Source: Selaginella moellendorffii (taxonomy: Eukaryota; Plantae; Lycopodiophyta). Taken from it: a stretch of DNA of 24,707 nucleotides. The stretch spans positions 389,888 through 414,594 of the forward strand of contig NW_003314387.1 of the NCBI RefSeq assembly GCF_000143415.4. The letters run 5' to 3'. The position numbers and the translations under genes were made by a program. Positions 1 through 11,625 of this stretch are shown here, one piece after another (positions within the stretch are counted from its first letter, which is position 1; the number at the start of each line of letters is the position of its first letter). Under the pieces are notes generated by a model. It was given only the letters and a program-made list of their open reading frames with translations. It did not search any database and was not told where the DNA came from.

Positions 1-1366
1 TGTTGGCGTCAGATTGAGGGTTATCACGTGAGGCCTCATGCCATTCCGACGAGGCTGGTCGCCCAGGTGAATGCACAACCTCATCCAAACGAAGTAGAAT
101 CTCAAGGAAGTTCTTGTGGCCGATGTAGCCTTCCACCCCATCTTCTGCTCCAAACAGACAATGCTGGCAGTGAGAATAAAAACATGTACGTCTTCGCGTA
201 CTTGGCGATGCTTGTTGCCAAAGGCATATTTGAAACGGTTACACTTGGCTTTCTCATGGTTGGGCACACTCATGAAGCCGTCGATGCCATGTTCAGTCAC
301 CTGGCAGAGTCCCTCCGGCGATCCAATGTCCTCACCCTCTCACAACTCTACAATGAATTCCAAAATTGCATCAAAGGTATTGTTGAAGCTGCACTTGTGA
401 CAGAGGTTCCAGACTTTAAGGGGTTTGTAAGAGGCTACATCAGGGACGGATCCGAAACGCTGATTGGCCACTCCAAGCCTCTTCAGTTTCATTTCAGCAT
501 GCGTGACGGTGCTCTAGTGATGAGGTACAAGATGAGAGAATGGGACACAGTGTGGCTGCCAGTGGACGGCATTGAACTCTTCAAGAGAGATCCCATAACT
601 GGGGAACCTATGATTCCTCAGGGTTCCCCACGGCCGATGCACCCGGATGGACTCAAAGACCATGAAAGTATAGTGGCCGGGATTAGACAGCATATTGCCT
701 TCTGGAAGAGGGGGTTGGTGTTTGGTGGAGAATCCTATTTTAAGAGGTGCAAGCCTTTGCTCGAATACTGGGAGAAGATTATATCTGCTATCCAAAATGG
801 GCCGGTTGTATATGAAGAATTGGAAGAGTCCTTTTGGCAAGAACCCAGAGCACCAGATAGTAGCGGAACAATGTCCTCTGGAAATGCAGTGACAGATAAC
901 GATGTTGAGGATCACTATTGTGGGCCGAGGAACAAGAAGCCGGATTCAGCATTCAATCCAGTACAGGTCTGCAAAGGAATGGTCGTGCTTGGCAGACCCA
1001 GTAATAAAAAACAAATGATATGGGTGGGGCGCTGCATCACTGATGCAGAGGAGGACGCGGAAACTAACTCCTTCAATGTAACTGTGGAGTGGTTCAAGCC
1101 AAGTTCCGGATATACGAAGGATTGCCTAGAAAAGAGATGGGTGCTGAATCCAAGGGATCCCAGCATGAGCATATCGGTGGATAATGTTGTGCATGGTTAG
1201 ATGCGGAAGCAGAGTGCCACCATCACCTTGCCAGACCATGCAAGAGATGCAGCAAGAGCATTCATAACCCGGGTTTAAGGTGAGATTCATTAATATTCCT
1301 TTACTAAGTTTCTAATGTATTTTATTTCAAGGTGAACAATCCGAATCTGAATCAGAGGAGGCGTGA
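1..1366 (+). pseudogene. Sola-like DDD/E transposase (DUF7869-type), 3' part, with premature stops near the C-terminus
   Basis: Frame is open from base 1. It contains LQTDNAGSENKN...FLMVGHTHEAVDAMFS, which I recognise as the DN..ENKN / GHTHE..D motif of Sola-type transposases. It continues past TAG 1198-1200 and TAA 1276-1278, through a GT-AG intron at 1280-1331, to GEQSESESEEA*. Confidence 0.65.
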
Positions 1367-2085
1367 TGGCATGGCGTGATGGCGTGAGGCGTGACACCAA
1401 AAAGGAGGTGTCCACTAGCGCTTAGGCTTATAATGGCGTGTGCCCTCATGCCATTTACTTGATCACCAAATACCTTTTTCCCTTTGCACTAGTATATCTT
1501 AATACCGGTCTGAGAAATAGAATGGCATGTGCCCTCAGGCCTTTTACTAAATCACCTTTGAAAGAAATGCAAGCCTCTATGTCGTAAAAAAAAGGTACTA
1601 GAGAAATTCCTTAATAATATGAATGTTATTTAGTTTCATGAAAATACACTAAGGGTCAAATGAGTTAAATGACTTCTCTAGACTAGCAATGCCTCTTGCT
1701 ACACCTTCACAATTAGATTCGTTAGAAAAAGATAACATTGAATAATATCTAGATGTTCTCACTATTAAGTTATATGTCTGGCTAATAGGAATGACGTTCA
1801 TCTTCGAAAGCTCACCACACGCTCAATGAACAAACAAATAGTGTGTGCGTGCATGCCATTGCTCTTCTTTAGCTTCAGATTCGGCTTGTTCACCTTGACA
1901 ATGAGATTTATTATACAACCAGATGGACTCAGTCTGGACACAAAGTCACCGCGCTAGTCACCATGCCCCAGATATGTCTAGCCCCTGGACAAAAAACATA
2001 TAATTTCACGTCATTTTCAAATACTTGAAAATTTGTACCTAGTCCCATTTTACTGAATAAATCCCACTTTAACGAAATAGAGCTT
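1..2085 (+). mobile_element. Right half of a putative Sola-like DNA transposon
   Basis: Transposase followed by an AT-rich 3' region. Imperfect subterminal repeats (cccattttactgaata / cccactttaacgaaata, 2044-2079) lie just before an abrupt switch to Gypsy RT sequence at ~2086-2090. The left TIR is outside the window, so the end is inferred. Confidence 0.5.
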
Positions 2086-2087
2086 AA

Positions 2088-3157
2088 ATCGGATTCTGAA
2101 TCGGGTAGATGTACTCGACTTGGAGAAGCTTGTCGAGTTCTTTCTTTACTTGTTCCATCAGATTCGAATTCATCTGGTAGGCTGCTTGTCTTCTTGGTTT
2201 TGAGTCTGGAAGAAAGGTGATGGTGTGAAGGCTGAGTTTGGGCAAAATTCCCTTAAGGTCTCGATAACTCCAAGCGAACAAGTGTTTCTTCTTTTGGAGA
2301 AGATTGATGCCTTTGTCTCAAAAACTTGCCGAGATGTCGGTGGCGAGTACAATGTAGTGTTCATTGCCATCATCGGCAAGGCTGAATTTTTTGAGTTTTT
2401 GGTCGGCTGGAATTGACGGAATGTAGGCAACTTTGTTGTGGTTGTCGACTGTGAATGTCGGTGGCGCTTCGAGTTTTGTATCTCGAGTGACTGGATTTTT
2501 TAGTGCTGATGTAATCGGGGGTCATTCTCATTGGAAGTCGGCGACAATTCGGAAGAGGTCGATCTCGGCCAAAGGTTCGAGATCGGGGTAGGCTTTGAGA
2601 ATTTGTTGTTCTTCATAGTTGTCGAGGCCATCTTCGAGATTATATTCTTCCAAGTCAATAGGTCGGTTTTGGCTGGACAGCGATTTGGTCACTTTTGTCG
2701 ACACAGTTGTCGGTCTGTCTGGTCTGTGAAGGATAAGATTGTCATTGGGCCAATCTTGATAAACTTGGGCAGTTCGGAGCCAAGGTCAACCGAGGAAAAT
2801 CGAGTATCCATTGGTCTGCTCTGGTAGTTTGAGGACGACATAGTTGACTGGTATTTCAACGCCTTCAATGGTGGGGTTGACTTTTTGGATGATGCCTTTG
2901 GGTTGAATAGATCGGTGGTTGGCCATTTGGACATTGAAAGGTGCTGGGTGGACTGGGCCAATGTTGAGTTGTTGAACAAGACTTTCTTCAATAATATAAA
3001 CGCTAGAGCTGCCGTCAATTATGGCTCCTCGAACAAGGTGTTTGTCGAGTCGTAGGTCAATTGTCGGAACATCATTGTCACAATCGCCTGGTTGAATCTC
3101 AATTCGAAATGTGTCAACAGCTGTCTGTGTGGAGTTGAGTGTGGGCAAGTCTGTCAA
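2088..3157 (-). pseudogene. pol: pol fragment: aspartic protease and pre-RT region
   Basis: VRGAIIDGSSSVYII (IDSGSSVNII in copy 2) ...YSIFLG; FAWSYRDLKGI...HTI. Confidence 0.85.
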
Positions 3158-3340
3158 AGTGTTGGTCGGTGCAGATGTTAGATCGGTGAGCTGTTTGGTG
3201 AGGTAGGGTGCAATCTTCAGTAGTTGGCCGATGGTGATCTGAATATTTTGGTTGAGGATAGTCTCTGCTACTTCTTGGATTTTGTCGAAGTTTGCCGAAT
3301 TGTGTTCTAGTGTCAGTGTTGATGTTGGACGATTTGTCTG

Positions 3341-6088
3341 TCAGTTTTCTGGTACAGAGTCTTGGCATTGTTGTCGAGCTGGTGATGGTTGAGCTTCATT
3401 GTCAGAGTCTAAAATCACTAATTCGGGTGGTTGTAGAGCGAGTTGCTGTTGTATCTTGGCGGCTAACTTCTGCTTCTTTTCCCATTCCTGGAGTTTTGTC
3501 GGGCTCTCAAGGCCTTTCTCTTTACTATCTCCAGAATCTCTGTCTGGTTGTTGTTGTTTTTTTGCTCGAATTTGTGCTCGGGTTTGAACTGCCATGACTT
3601 GAGGATCTAAGTCATCATTGTCGGCATAAGGTAGTTCGTCGGTCTTGACCATCCTTGTTGTTGGTGGTTGCTGCTGGTTTTGATCTTGTTGTNNNNNNNN
3701 NNNNNNNNNNNNNNNNNNNNNNNNNNNNNNNNNNNNNNNNNNNNNNNNNNNNNNNNNNNNNNNNNNNNNNNNNNNNNNNNNNNNNNNNNNNNNNNNNNNN
3801 NNNNNNNNNNNNNNNNNNNNNNNNNNNNNNNNNNNNNNNNNNNNNNNNNNNNNNNNNNNNNNNNNNNNNNNNNNNNNNNNNNTCAGCGGGTGTTGTTGAT
3901 CGTTGTAGTTGTTGTTGTAGTTGTTGTTGTAATTGTTGTAGCGAGGTTGATTATTCCATTGTCAACTTTGGTGTTGGAAGTTGTTTCTCAGCAGTCTCCA
4001 GTTTGTCGGAGGTGGTGGCTGGTAATTGTTGAAGTATTGATTTGGATATGGTTTTTGAAATTGCTGTCGGGGATAGTTCAAGACTTGTCAAACTTCTGGA
4101 GAATTTCAAAATCTGCAAGTTTTGGCGTCATGACCTTCTTTGGTACAGATCTGGCATTTGGAGATTTGGAGCTTGTAGTCACTTGCCGGATGTCCTTCGT
4201 TCTTGCACTTAGTACACCAAATTCTAGATCGAAATTCTTTGATGTCGGCCTTGGCTTTTCCCTTGAGCTTGTCGATTGTTTTCTTGAGTTTCCGAAGTTT
4301 TGACTTGGTGCTCTCTCCGAGTTCATCTCGGAGTTGTCGTCGGAACTGCTATCAGAATCTGAGTTATCTATGTCATCTACTTGTGTTGTCATTCGTCGAG
4401 CTTGAACATCTTGATGGGCTCTTGTGAGTTCGAGATAAGTGGCAACGTTGATGTGCGTTGCCGCTTCTCAGAGGGATCGTTGGAGTCCTTGCATGTACCA
4501 TTGGTAAAGTAATGTTTCGGTGGCACTGTTGCCGCATTTGCTGGCATGTTGAGTGAAGGTTTGAGTGTAGTTGTCGATGGATTGACCAGACTTCTACTTG
4601 AGTTTTTGGATCTTGTGAAGTCGTTGGCTTTGAGTGAGGGAAGACTTGAATCGGTCTACGAGCTTGAGTGCGAGGTTGTCGAAACTTGTATTTTGAGGAA
4701 GTGTTTGAGCCCATTTGTTGGCTCTCTTTCGAAAGGGTACATCAGAAATAGTATGGAAGTTCAGTCGTCTGGCTGTTGATTCGGATTGCTTCTCTGAACT
4801 GTTCAACATGTTTCTTGGCATCTTCTGACTTCAGACCATGAAATAGTGGATAGGAGACGTGTCTTCCGACAGGTATGTTGGCGACAGCTGTAGTGACTGC
4901 CATGTGCTGTTGGTAGTAATGTTGGTATTGTTGAGGTTGTTTTGTCAGGTTGTCACCATGGAGTCCTAAGGTGATTTGTAGCAAGGGGTTGTTGGGGTCA
5001 ATAGCAAAGTTGGTGTAAGAAGAAGGTGGTGAATTGTTGTTGTTATTTAGTGGACTCTTCTCTGTTTTTTCTTCTATGTTAGGACTATTTTTGGGTGTGT
5101 CATCGACGTTGTCATCGGCGTCGAGTTGCTTGCTGGTGTTGATTTTTGGAAGATGGTGCTCAAACTTGTTGTCGACGTATTTGTTAGAGTTATGTTGTCT
5201 TGGTTGTGGTTGTTCTTCTAAATTGTCAAAGAGTTCTTCGAATGTATAGTTGTGTGGTGATTGTGGTTGCTGTGGAAGATTGTTGTCGTCGTCGACGATT
5301 GGTTCGTCAATCTCGTTGTTGTTGGATGATTGGAGCCGTTCGGCAGTTTGGTGTGAGTTGTTGACGTCGAGTGCTTGACTATTGGATGATTCAGGTTGTT
5401 CATCTTTACTGCTGTTGACTGGGTATATCGGAGTGTGACTGTAATTGGTGAAGTCGAGTTGTTGTCTCGTCAGCGTGTTGAAGTTGAAAGCATGTTCGAA
5501 AGGTCTTGCTGATAGTGGGCTTCGGTAGATGTTGGAAGCAAATGTGGGATATATTGGTGTTGTGAATATCGGTCAGTATGGCGAAAATGGTGCTGGTCTG
5601 GTGAAGTCTGTGAAGCTGGGCGGGAAACTTGGTCGTTCGTCATCACTGTAGATGGGGTTGGTGAATGTACCTTTGAAGTGGTTGTATGCTGCTTGAAAAA
5701 TGTTTTGTTGCTCGGGCGTAGTCTGTGTCGACTGCTCAAATGTTCGGTTGGGCTCAGGCACTTTGGTGGGTGCCATCGAGGGTGTTGATTCAGGCTCGGG
5801 CACTTCGGTGGGTGCCGTCGAGGGTGCTGCCGGTGGTGTGTCCAGTGGTGTTGTGTAGTCGTCGTATTCTTCGCAGATGTCCAATATTGGTTCGTCGGAG
5901 TTAGCTCGCGGTAATAATTTGTGTTGGATGTAATTCTCTCTCTTGGAGGGTCTAACAATTTGATTCAACTTCTCTTAGTCTTTCTTTCTCTTTGTTTCTA
6001 AATTCTTCAAATCTCTATCTAAACTTCGGATAAGTCATTGTCGGTCTTCTTCCGACTTGCTGGATGTTCTTTGTGGTTTTGGATACAT
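3341..6088 (-). pseudogene. gag: gag, degenerate
   Basis: Probable ATG at 6088, in frame with 5573..5968 and 4742..4984. The retrotransposon-gag-like core is at ~4400-4860 (FHGLKSEDAKKHVEQF...ANKW...LVDRF...SIDNYTQTF...WYMQGL). Several stops and frameshifts; spans an N gap. Confidence 0.75.
5751..5830. repeat. 42-bp tandem duplication in gag (PSTAPTEVPEP / PSMAPTKVPEP)
   Basis: Two near-identical units ggctcRggcacttYggtgggtgccRtcgagggtg. Confidence 0.8.
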
Positions 6089-6096
6089 GCATTCTT

Positions 6097-6861
6097 CTAC
6101 TGGTTGTCAGTGTCAGATTCGTGTCTGCAGTCAATCATGCAGTTCGGGCAGAACTTCGGGAAGACTGTCAGCAGGCCAATTGTCGATAAAGTCGTTGTGA
6201 GGTTGTTATTTCTTTTCTGTGCAAATATTGACGGTGGTGCGTGTTGGGTTGGGTTGTGTTCAGCCGAGTTGTGTTGGGTCGAGTGTGCTGGTGCAGTATG
6301 CAGACTGGTCTTCCACTTGCTGGTGCCGAGATGGAGTTTGATGAAGAGTTTCGGATATTTGGGTTTGTCTGGAATGATTTCTTCGATAATGTCGTCAAGT
6401 TGTTCGAGTCCGGATTGGGCGATGGCGTGATTGGCGAGAGTTGTTGCAGCGAACGTGTTGATTTTGAACTGAGTTCGGACTGTTGTTTTGGTGCTGAGCT
6501 GCTGACTCTATCGGAGGGGTTGTCGAAAAATTGGTGGTGCGTTGTCAAGTTGTCCCTCGACAAGTTCTCTGATACCGGGTAATAGAGTGATGGGTTCGTC
6601 ATTGGTGTAGGTTCTGAGGATGTGCTTCGGTATTTGGAGTGGACGCAGGAATTGGAATTGTGTCGGAGCGCTAGGATTGCTGGGTCGACGACTGCACGGA
6701 AGATGAGTTCGTTTCAGCAGTGGTGTCGGTTTGTGTCGAGTGCACTGGTTGAGGTCTCGAGCTTGGAGTGGGTGGTCTTGTGCTCGGAGATGGAGTTCGC
6801 CAATGAAGCTGTTGAGGGCGTCTACTGATGAAGTTGCTGGTAGATTGGAGTTTCTTGTCAA
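6097..6861 (-). pseudogene. Extra 5' ORF upstream of gag, unknown function
   Basis: The 6508..6861 frame continues through one TAG (6508-6510) to a stop at 6097-6099, ending ...FPKFCPNCMIDCRHESDTDNQ*. It may start further upstream (~7015) across a frameshift. Confidence 0.55.
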
Positions 6862-7025
6862 AGAGGGTTGTTGGTGGTCTTTGTTGGTGATTGGACTCAG
6901 AGATCGAGAGAGAGAGAGCTTTCAGATTCTGCAAAGATCTCCTCTGGGAAGGGTCTGCCTCTACTGCGTTGGGTGGCGATCGCTTGGATGCCGTTGATCC
7001 ATATTGGTGATGGCATTTGTTTGTT

Positions 7026-7103
7026 GAATTTGGGCGAATTGGGTGGCGAATTGGGTAGCAAATTGGGTGGCAAATTGGGTAACGAATTTTGGCAAGTTGG
7101 GTA
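7026..7103. repeat. Imperfect 12-bp tandem repeat (aattgggtggcR) in the Gypsy leader
   Basis: About six units visible directly. Confidence 0.8.
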
Positions 7104-7187
7104 GATTGCTTGATCATTCTTGCTATCTGCGCACAAAGAATGGAGAAAGAATGGAAGAATTTGTGAACCTAAAGGGGAATTCAAAAG

Positions 7188-7199
7188 CTGTGGTCGCCA
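7188..7199 (-). promoter_or_regulatory. Primer-binding site TGGCGACCACAG, probably tRNA-Arg
   Basis: Starts with TGG, 2 nt inside the LTR. It is complementary to ...CTGTGGTCG-CCA, the 3' end of plant tRNA-Arg(UCG) as I recall it. Confidence 0.75.
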
Positions 7200-7201
7200 A
7201 A

Positions 7202-7460
7202 TAAAGAGGTGTGAAAACTCCTCTTCGCTAGAAATCTATTGTTAGTAAGAAAACAAAAGAGGAAAAAAGCCCGATCTCCAAGGGCAGAGAAGAAGCACAA
7301 GAAAAAGAATGCTATGTATTAATAAGAAAAATGATGGAATGGAGATAGGGATCGACAATTTGGATTCCCCCTTTTGAAAGGCTAGCAGTTCTAACTGCTA
7401 ACATATTGTGCATGATTTAATCTATGGCTCCGATGCAGCCCTGGGTTCAAAGTCAGAGTC
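7202..7460 (-). repeat. 5' LTR of Gypsy copy 1
   Basis: Aligns by eye at roughly 90% with 18267-18532. The inner terminus is mutated (TA instead of TG on +) and the outer ~6 bp (gataca) are missing. Confidence 0.9.
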
Positions 7461-7619
7461 CCCTGAGCCTGGGTTTTTTGTTAATACATGATGTGTCGAG
7501 TGTAGTGCTTCGCGTAAGCTTGTGGGTGTGACTAGGCTAGTGGAGTCATGTTTTAAAGCTTCTCCTTGTCCCTTACCATGCTCGCAGTGGCTTAACGTAC
7601 CCATGAGCAGTTGAGGGAC

Positions 7620-8520
7620 TTCACAGATCCTTGTGTTGTATCATCGCCTCGCTTGCCATGCTTCTTCTCTTGTCAGCCATCAGCTATGCAAAGTCTAAAC
7701 CTGCAAGCAGCTCTTGAGGAATTGTTTGCTCTCACCTGATGCTCAATCAAGGCTCTCACAACGTACTCGGGACTAGACTACAGTGGATATCACTGATGCA
7801 ACAAGCTTTAGGTTCCGAGTCTAAGTTAGTTGCACCAACGCAAAGATGTTCTGTTTTGTTTCATGGTTTTGAACATGGTTTTTCTATAGGAACAAGCATC
7901 AGACTGGAAGCTTTTGGGTGGTGTCTTGATGAATTAAGCTCCCGAGGGTTTCATCTTGCGAAGAAGAGAGAAACAACTACCCTCAACCTTCAGCACTCTT
8001 GACATTTCCAGATGCCTTGCAACTCGAATCTCTTGGGCAGAACGCACCGGTGCTCTTGAGGGGGATGCCTGGATCAAATCAAACTGATGGGAAACATTCG
8101 CGTGCCAGCTGAGCGCCATGCCCAGAATTTCAAGAAACGATTCATGAAAGTAACAAACACGTTAACAAGCTATTAATGCATAATTTAGACGGGAACCTGT
8201 TGGCTGGATATCTGGCTAGAATAAAAACAATTATTGGCAAGGTCACAGGTTCGAACCCACAGCCAGAGACCCAATTAAATTTTACTTCGCTTGAGCAAGA
8301 ATTTGCCGGCACCTGGGTCTTTATGGAATTCGCTGGAGTGCTTGAGCAGCAGCAGCAGCCACGATGATCATGGTCAGTGTGTCGATCTAGCCCAGACTCT
8401 TCCTTTTGCTTTAAAGTCATGCTGGAACGCGTCTCAGCATTGCTCGCTTGAACGCCAACAGGTTTGGACGAGGAGAGGAGCTTAAACTTGCAGCCCGCGT
8501 GACTCGCAATGCAGCCTTGT
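7620..8520 (+). repeat. Cassette copy A: decayed F-box/LRR 3' part, tRNA-like element, PPR-like relic
   Basis: Colinear blocks shared with 8775-9570, e.g. cagcactcttgacatttccagatgcct, ggatcaaatcaaact, gtcgatctagcccaga, cgcgtgactcgcaatgcagccttgt. Confidence 0.8.
8191..8272 (+). ncRNA. tRNA-like/B-box element, copy 1
   Basis: aaggtcacaGGTTCGAACCC (B box 8248-8258). tctggct 8211-8217 pairs with agccaga 8261-8267. T4 follows. No full cloverleaf. Confidence 0.5.
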
Positions 8521-8594
8521 CTACGAAAGTATCATTGCATTTCAGCTAGAGGGGGTGTCCAAGTTTGAATCCACCACTAGCTCCTCCTACATGC

Positions 8595-9570
8595 TTCGTC
8601 AAAATAGCGAATGGCCGAGGACTACTGACGACCTGGATAACGATACGCTGCTCCACACTTTCGAGCAGCGTTTGACTGCCGCGCTTGTGCCAATCTCATG
8701 TAAGAAAGAGTGGAGCTGAGCGAGAGCGTAGCCTTTCTTCTCTCTAGTTTCTCGCAGTGGCTTGACGTGGGTCCTTGCAGATCATTGTGTTGTATCATTC
8801 CACCGCTTGTCATGCTTCTTCTTTGCTCTCACCTGACGCTCGATCGAGGCTCTCACAGGCTGCAGTGAATAACAAAGGAATCACTGGTGCATCAACCCTC
8901 AGGTTCTGAGTCTAATCAGTTGCACCAAATCAGGGATGTGCCTCTCGTGTTTTTGGGAGTGAGTATTTAATTTCATGGTCTTGAACATGGCCAGAGGATT
9001 TGATCTTGCAAAGAAGAGAGAAACAAATAAATACCCCAACCTCCAGCACTCTTGACATTTCCAGATGCCTCTCAACTCTGCTCTTCAAGAGGGTGGTTGG
9101 ATCAAATCAAACTTGCTCATTTCCAGAAACTTTTCTTGTTCCGAGAAACAAATTTTGCTCCAAAAAAAATCCTGGAACCAAGAAGAGAGGCTTGGAACTT
9201 GCCCACGTGATTGATACGGAACAAGAAATCAGCACGCGTGCCATTCACTCAAAATCAAGAACAAGCGAAACACTTTAACAGGCTATTAATGTTTAATTTG
9301 GAGGCCGGATATCTGGCTACAAGGTCACAGGTTCGAATCCACAGCCAGAGAACCACCTAAAAACACTTTTTTCAAGTGTAGGCGGTGTTGGAGTTTCTCC
9401 GCGATATTGGAATTTCCTTGTTTCTCCCTCCCGCAGGCTCGAGAGACAAAAAAGACAGTGGTCGATCTAGCCCAGAAACAAAGGATCCTGGAATGTGTCT
9501 CTCGCTTGGAACGATAATAGATTTGGAGGAGGAACTTGCGCCTCGCGTGACTCGCAATGCAGCCTTGTTA
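8595..9570 (+). repeat. Cassette copy B, with an F-box start relic at ~8611
   Basis: cttcgtcaaaatagc...cgacctggataacgata.gctgctc matches 17920-18010 (F-box start). The remainder is colinear with copy A. Confidence 0.8.
9303..9354 (+). ncRNA. tRNA-like/B-box element, copy 2 (internal AT-rich part deleted)
   Basis: Same 32-nt core; B box 9330-9340; T6 follows. Confidence 0.45.
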
Positions 9571-9819
9571 CGATCGCACAGAGTGCTGCAGACTGCCAAG
9601 GAAGAACACGAACGCTGAGCGGCACACTCTGCAAGCTCGAACGCGAGCGATTGAGCGGAGCAGAGACAGGACACGACCCTGGACATCGGTTTACCGATGC
9701 CCAAGAGTTTTGGCAACCTTCGAATGGCTGTGAGTCATGATCTCCAGCCCAGAGGACAGGTCCAACTAGCATCGGACTTTTCCCCACTCTTTCATTCTCC
9801 AGCGCTGAAATTTGGCTCG

Positions 9820-9990
9820 ACACTGGCCTCGTCTAGCTTCCCAGATCTCCCCAGCAGATCCACCAAGCATCTTAAGTTTTCCATGATCGTGGACATGCTG
9901 TAGTCTTGGGCTATGGACGACAAGTAGTTCTCATCCCGAGATGACTGCAGGCAGAAGACCTCGCTCTGATCACAGTAGCTTGCAAGATGC
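9820..9990 (-). pseudogene. PLS-class PPR fragment
   Basis: YLSSIAQDYSMSTIMENLRCLVDLLGRSGKLDEA matches the hallmark (HY.C)MVDLLGRSG.L.EA motif. Confidence 0.8.
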
Positions 9991-10024
9991 AAAGGAGGGA
10001 GAAGCGTTGCAAAATTTTTTGATT

Positions 10025-10106
10025 GGGTCTCTGGCTGTGGATTCGAACCTGTGACCTTGCCAATATATTTGTTTATTCTAGCCAGATATCCGGCCATCGT
10101 GTTCCC
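10025..10106 (-). ncRNA. tRNA-like/B-box element, copy 3
   Basis: Reverse complement of the same core and 5' flank. Confidence 0.5.
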
Positions 10107-10780
10107 GTCCAAATCGGACACTAATTGCTTCTTAACGTATATCATACCTTCACCAAACGGCGCAAGCTCTCGCTCATTTCTAAGCATCCTTTCTAAACCT
10201 GTGGGAACGTTTTATAAGGATGTCATCCTTTCTGCGGTTGTCAAGCTCAAGAAAGAAACCATTATGGAATGAACATTTCACCACTGAATCCCTGGGATAA
10301 CCTACCTTTTCTTCTTTTGAGAAACAAGGTTTCCCTAACGACTGGCTTGTTTGAGCATTGAAGATTAAATTGATCCAGGCACGTTCTTGATTAGCAGCAA
10401 AGTTAAGAGTACAAGGCTGGAGGTACTTGTCTGTTCTTTCAAATCCTGGGGAGCTTGAGATTTCATCAAGGGGCTTTCTTGTCGTGTTCTATCCAAGTTT
10501 GATGCTTGTTCCTAGCAGCAACAAGAAAAAATCCATGAAATTTCAAGTCACACCCTGTGTGAAGAAGAGGGGGCAATGCATGGAAAGTACTCGGGGCCAA
10601 AAGGTGGCTGTCCACAACAAGAGAATTTAGAGCAAAAAGGGCGAAAGATGAACTGTGGGAAAGCAATGCTTTCACTGCAACGTATATCCCTTGTGCCCTG
10701 CTGATCAATCCAAAAGCCAACGCTGGTGGTAGTGCAGCAGCTCCTCCGTCCCGCGTTTAAATTCTACAAGCTCTTGCCAG

Positions 10781-11436
10781 GTGCAAGGTTCCATGGCCGT
10801 TTGCGACAAGAGAAATGCTGGTCACGTCTTTCGAACTGGAGCTACCTGAATTGGATGCCGTGGTTGGCTGCTTGCGAACAGTTAAGCTATCAATCACTGT
10901 GCCTCTTTTGTTATTTTATTCACTCCAATGGTGGTGATTTGCCAGGTCCCCCAGGAAGCAGAGACTATCGTCAAGGAGACCATCCATGGGTTTAATGCTT
11001 CTCATTTGCCTCCTCCAAAAGAGGGCGTCATTCGCATGGAAGCCAACGGTGGATTCATCCTCCAGAAGATTAGCGACGAGAAATGCTACATAAGGTACAC
11101 TATTAGTTTTTTTTTTTTTTTTGTTTTCTTCTTAAGATAGTCACTATTTCTTTTACAGAGCAGTAATACACCTGGACCTTAAGCTCGACCTTGTTCCGAC
11201 ATGGGTGATTAACTTCCTTGGGCGTCAAGTTGTGGGACACGGCTTCAGGCTATACCTCAAGGTATATTTCTTTCCTTTTGGGAAAAATGTCTAAACTTTG
11301 TGTGTTACAACAGACTGTTTCTTCTGTTAAAGAGAGCAAAGTGTTTCAAGAATGCATCAGGCAACAGCCACTCTACAGCCGCATAACGTTACAGATGCTA
11401 CCAAAATCGAGCCACCAAAATGGATACAAGAGTTGA
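10781..11436 (+). pseudogene. 3' four exons of a START-like (polyketide cyclase/dehydrase/lipid-transport superfamily) gene
   Basis: Exons 10781-10880, 10946-11094, 11159-11261 and 11314-11436 are joined by GT-AG introns in consistent phase: KVPWPFATREML...VIRMEANGGFILQKISDEKCYIRAVIHLDLKLDLVPTWVINFLGRQVVGHGFRLYLK...PLYSRI. No intact upstream exons were found. Confidence 0.8.
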
Positions 11437-11625
11437 GGTGCTTTTCATAAGAAGTATTCATAAGCTTCCTGCACAAGAGCATTTACATTTATAAACAATT
11501 TATAAACAAAGAGGAGCTTGAGGCCCACCGATACTCCTGAAAAGTCCGAACTTATTCATGAGACATATGCAAGGTGGGTTTTATAAGATTTCTGTTGTTT
11601 TGCATGTCTAGAAAAATCTGCTGCA

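Larger units (their letters stand above)
2088..7460 (-). mobile_element. Ty3/Gypsy LTR retrotransposon copy 1 (non-chromovirus type), 3'-truncated at the start of RT
   Basis: Order on the minus strand is LTR, PBS, 5' ORF, gag, protease, then the pre-RT segment (FAWSYRDLKG...VKKELDKLLQVEYIYPI). 2986-3692 closely matches 23897-24603 of copy 2. Confidence 0.92.

Noticed and set aside
1360-1395. ggcgtga(t) short repeats as a regulatory array
   Set aside because: Short degenerate repeat at the transposase stop, with no independent support for function.
8191-8272. Functional tRNA gene (also the other three copies and 15380-15464)
   Set aside because: The T-stem and acceptor stem do not pair canonically and there is no convincing anticodon arm; kept only as tRNA-like.
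8176-8367. Conserved small peptide LARI...IGKVTGSNPQPETQ (also in ORF 9792..10187)
   Set aside because: It is a by-product of the DNA repeat. The frame is broken in copies 2 and 4, and flanking residues are unrelated.
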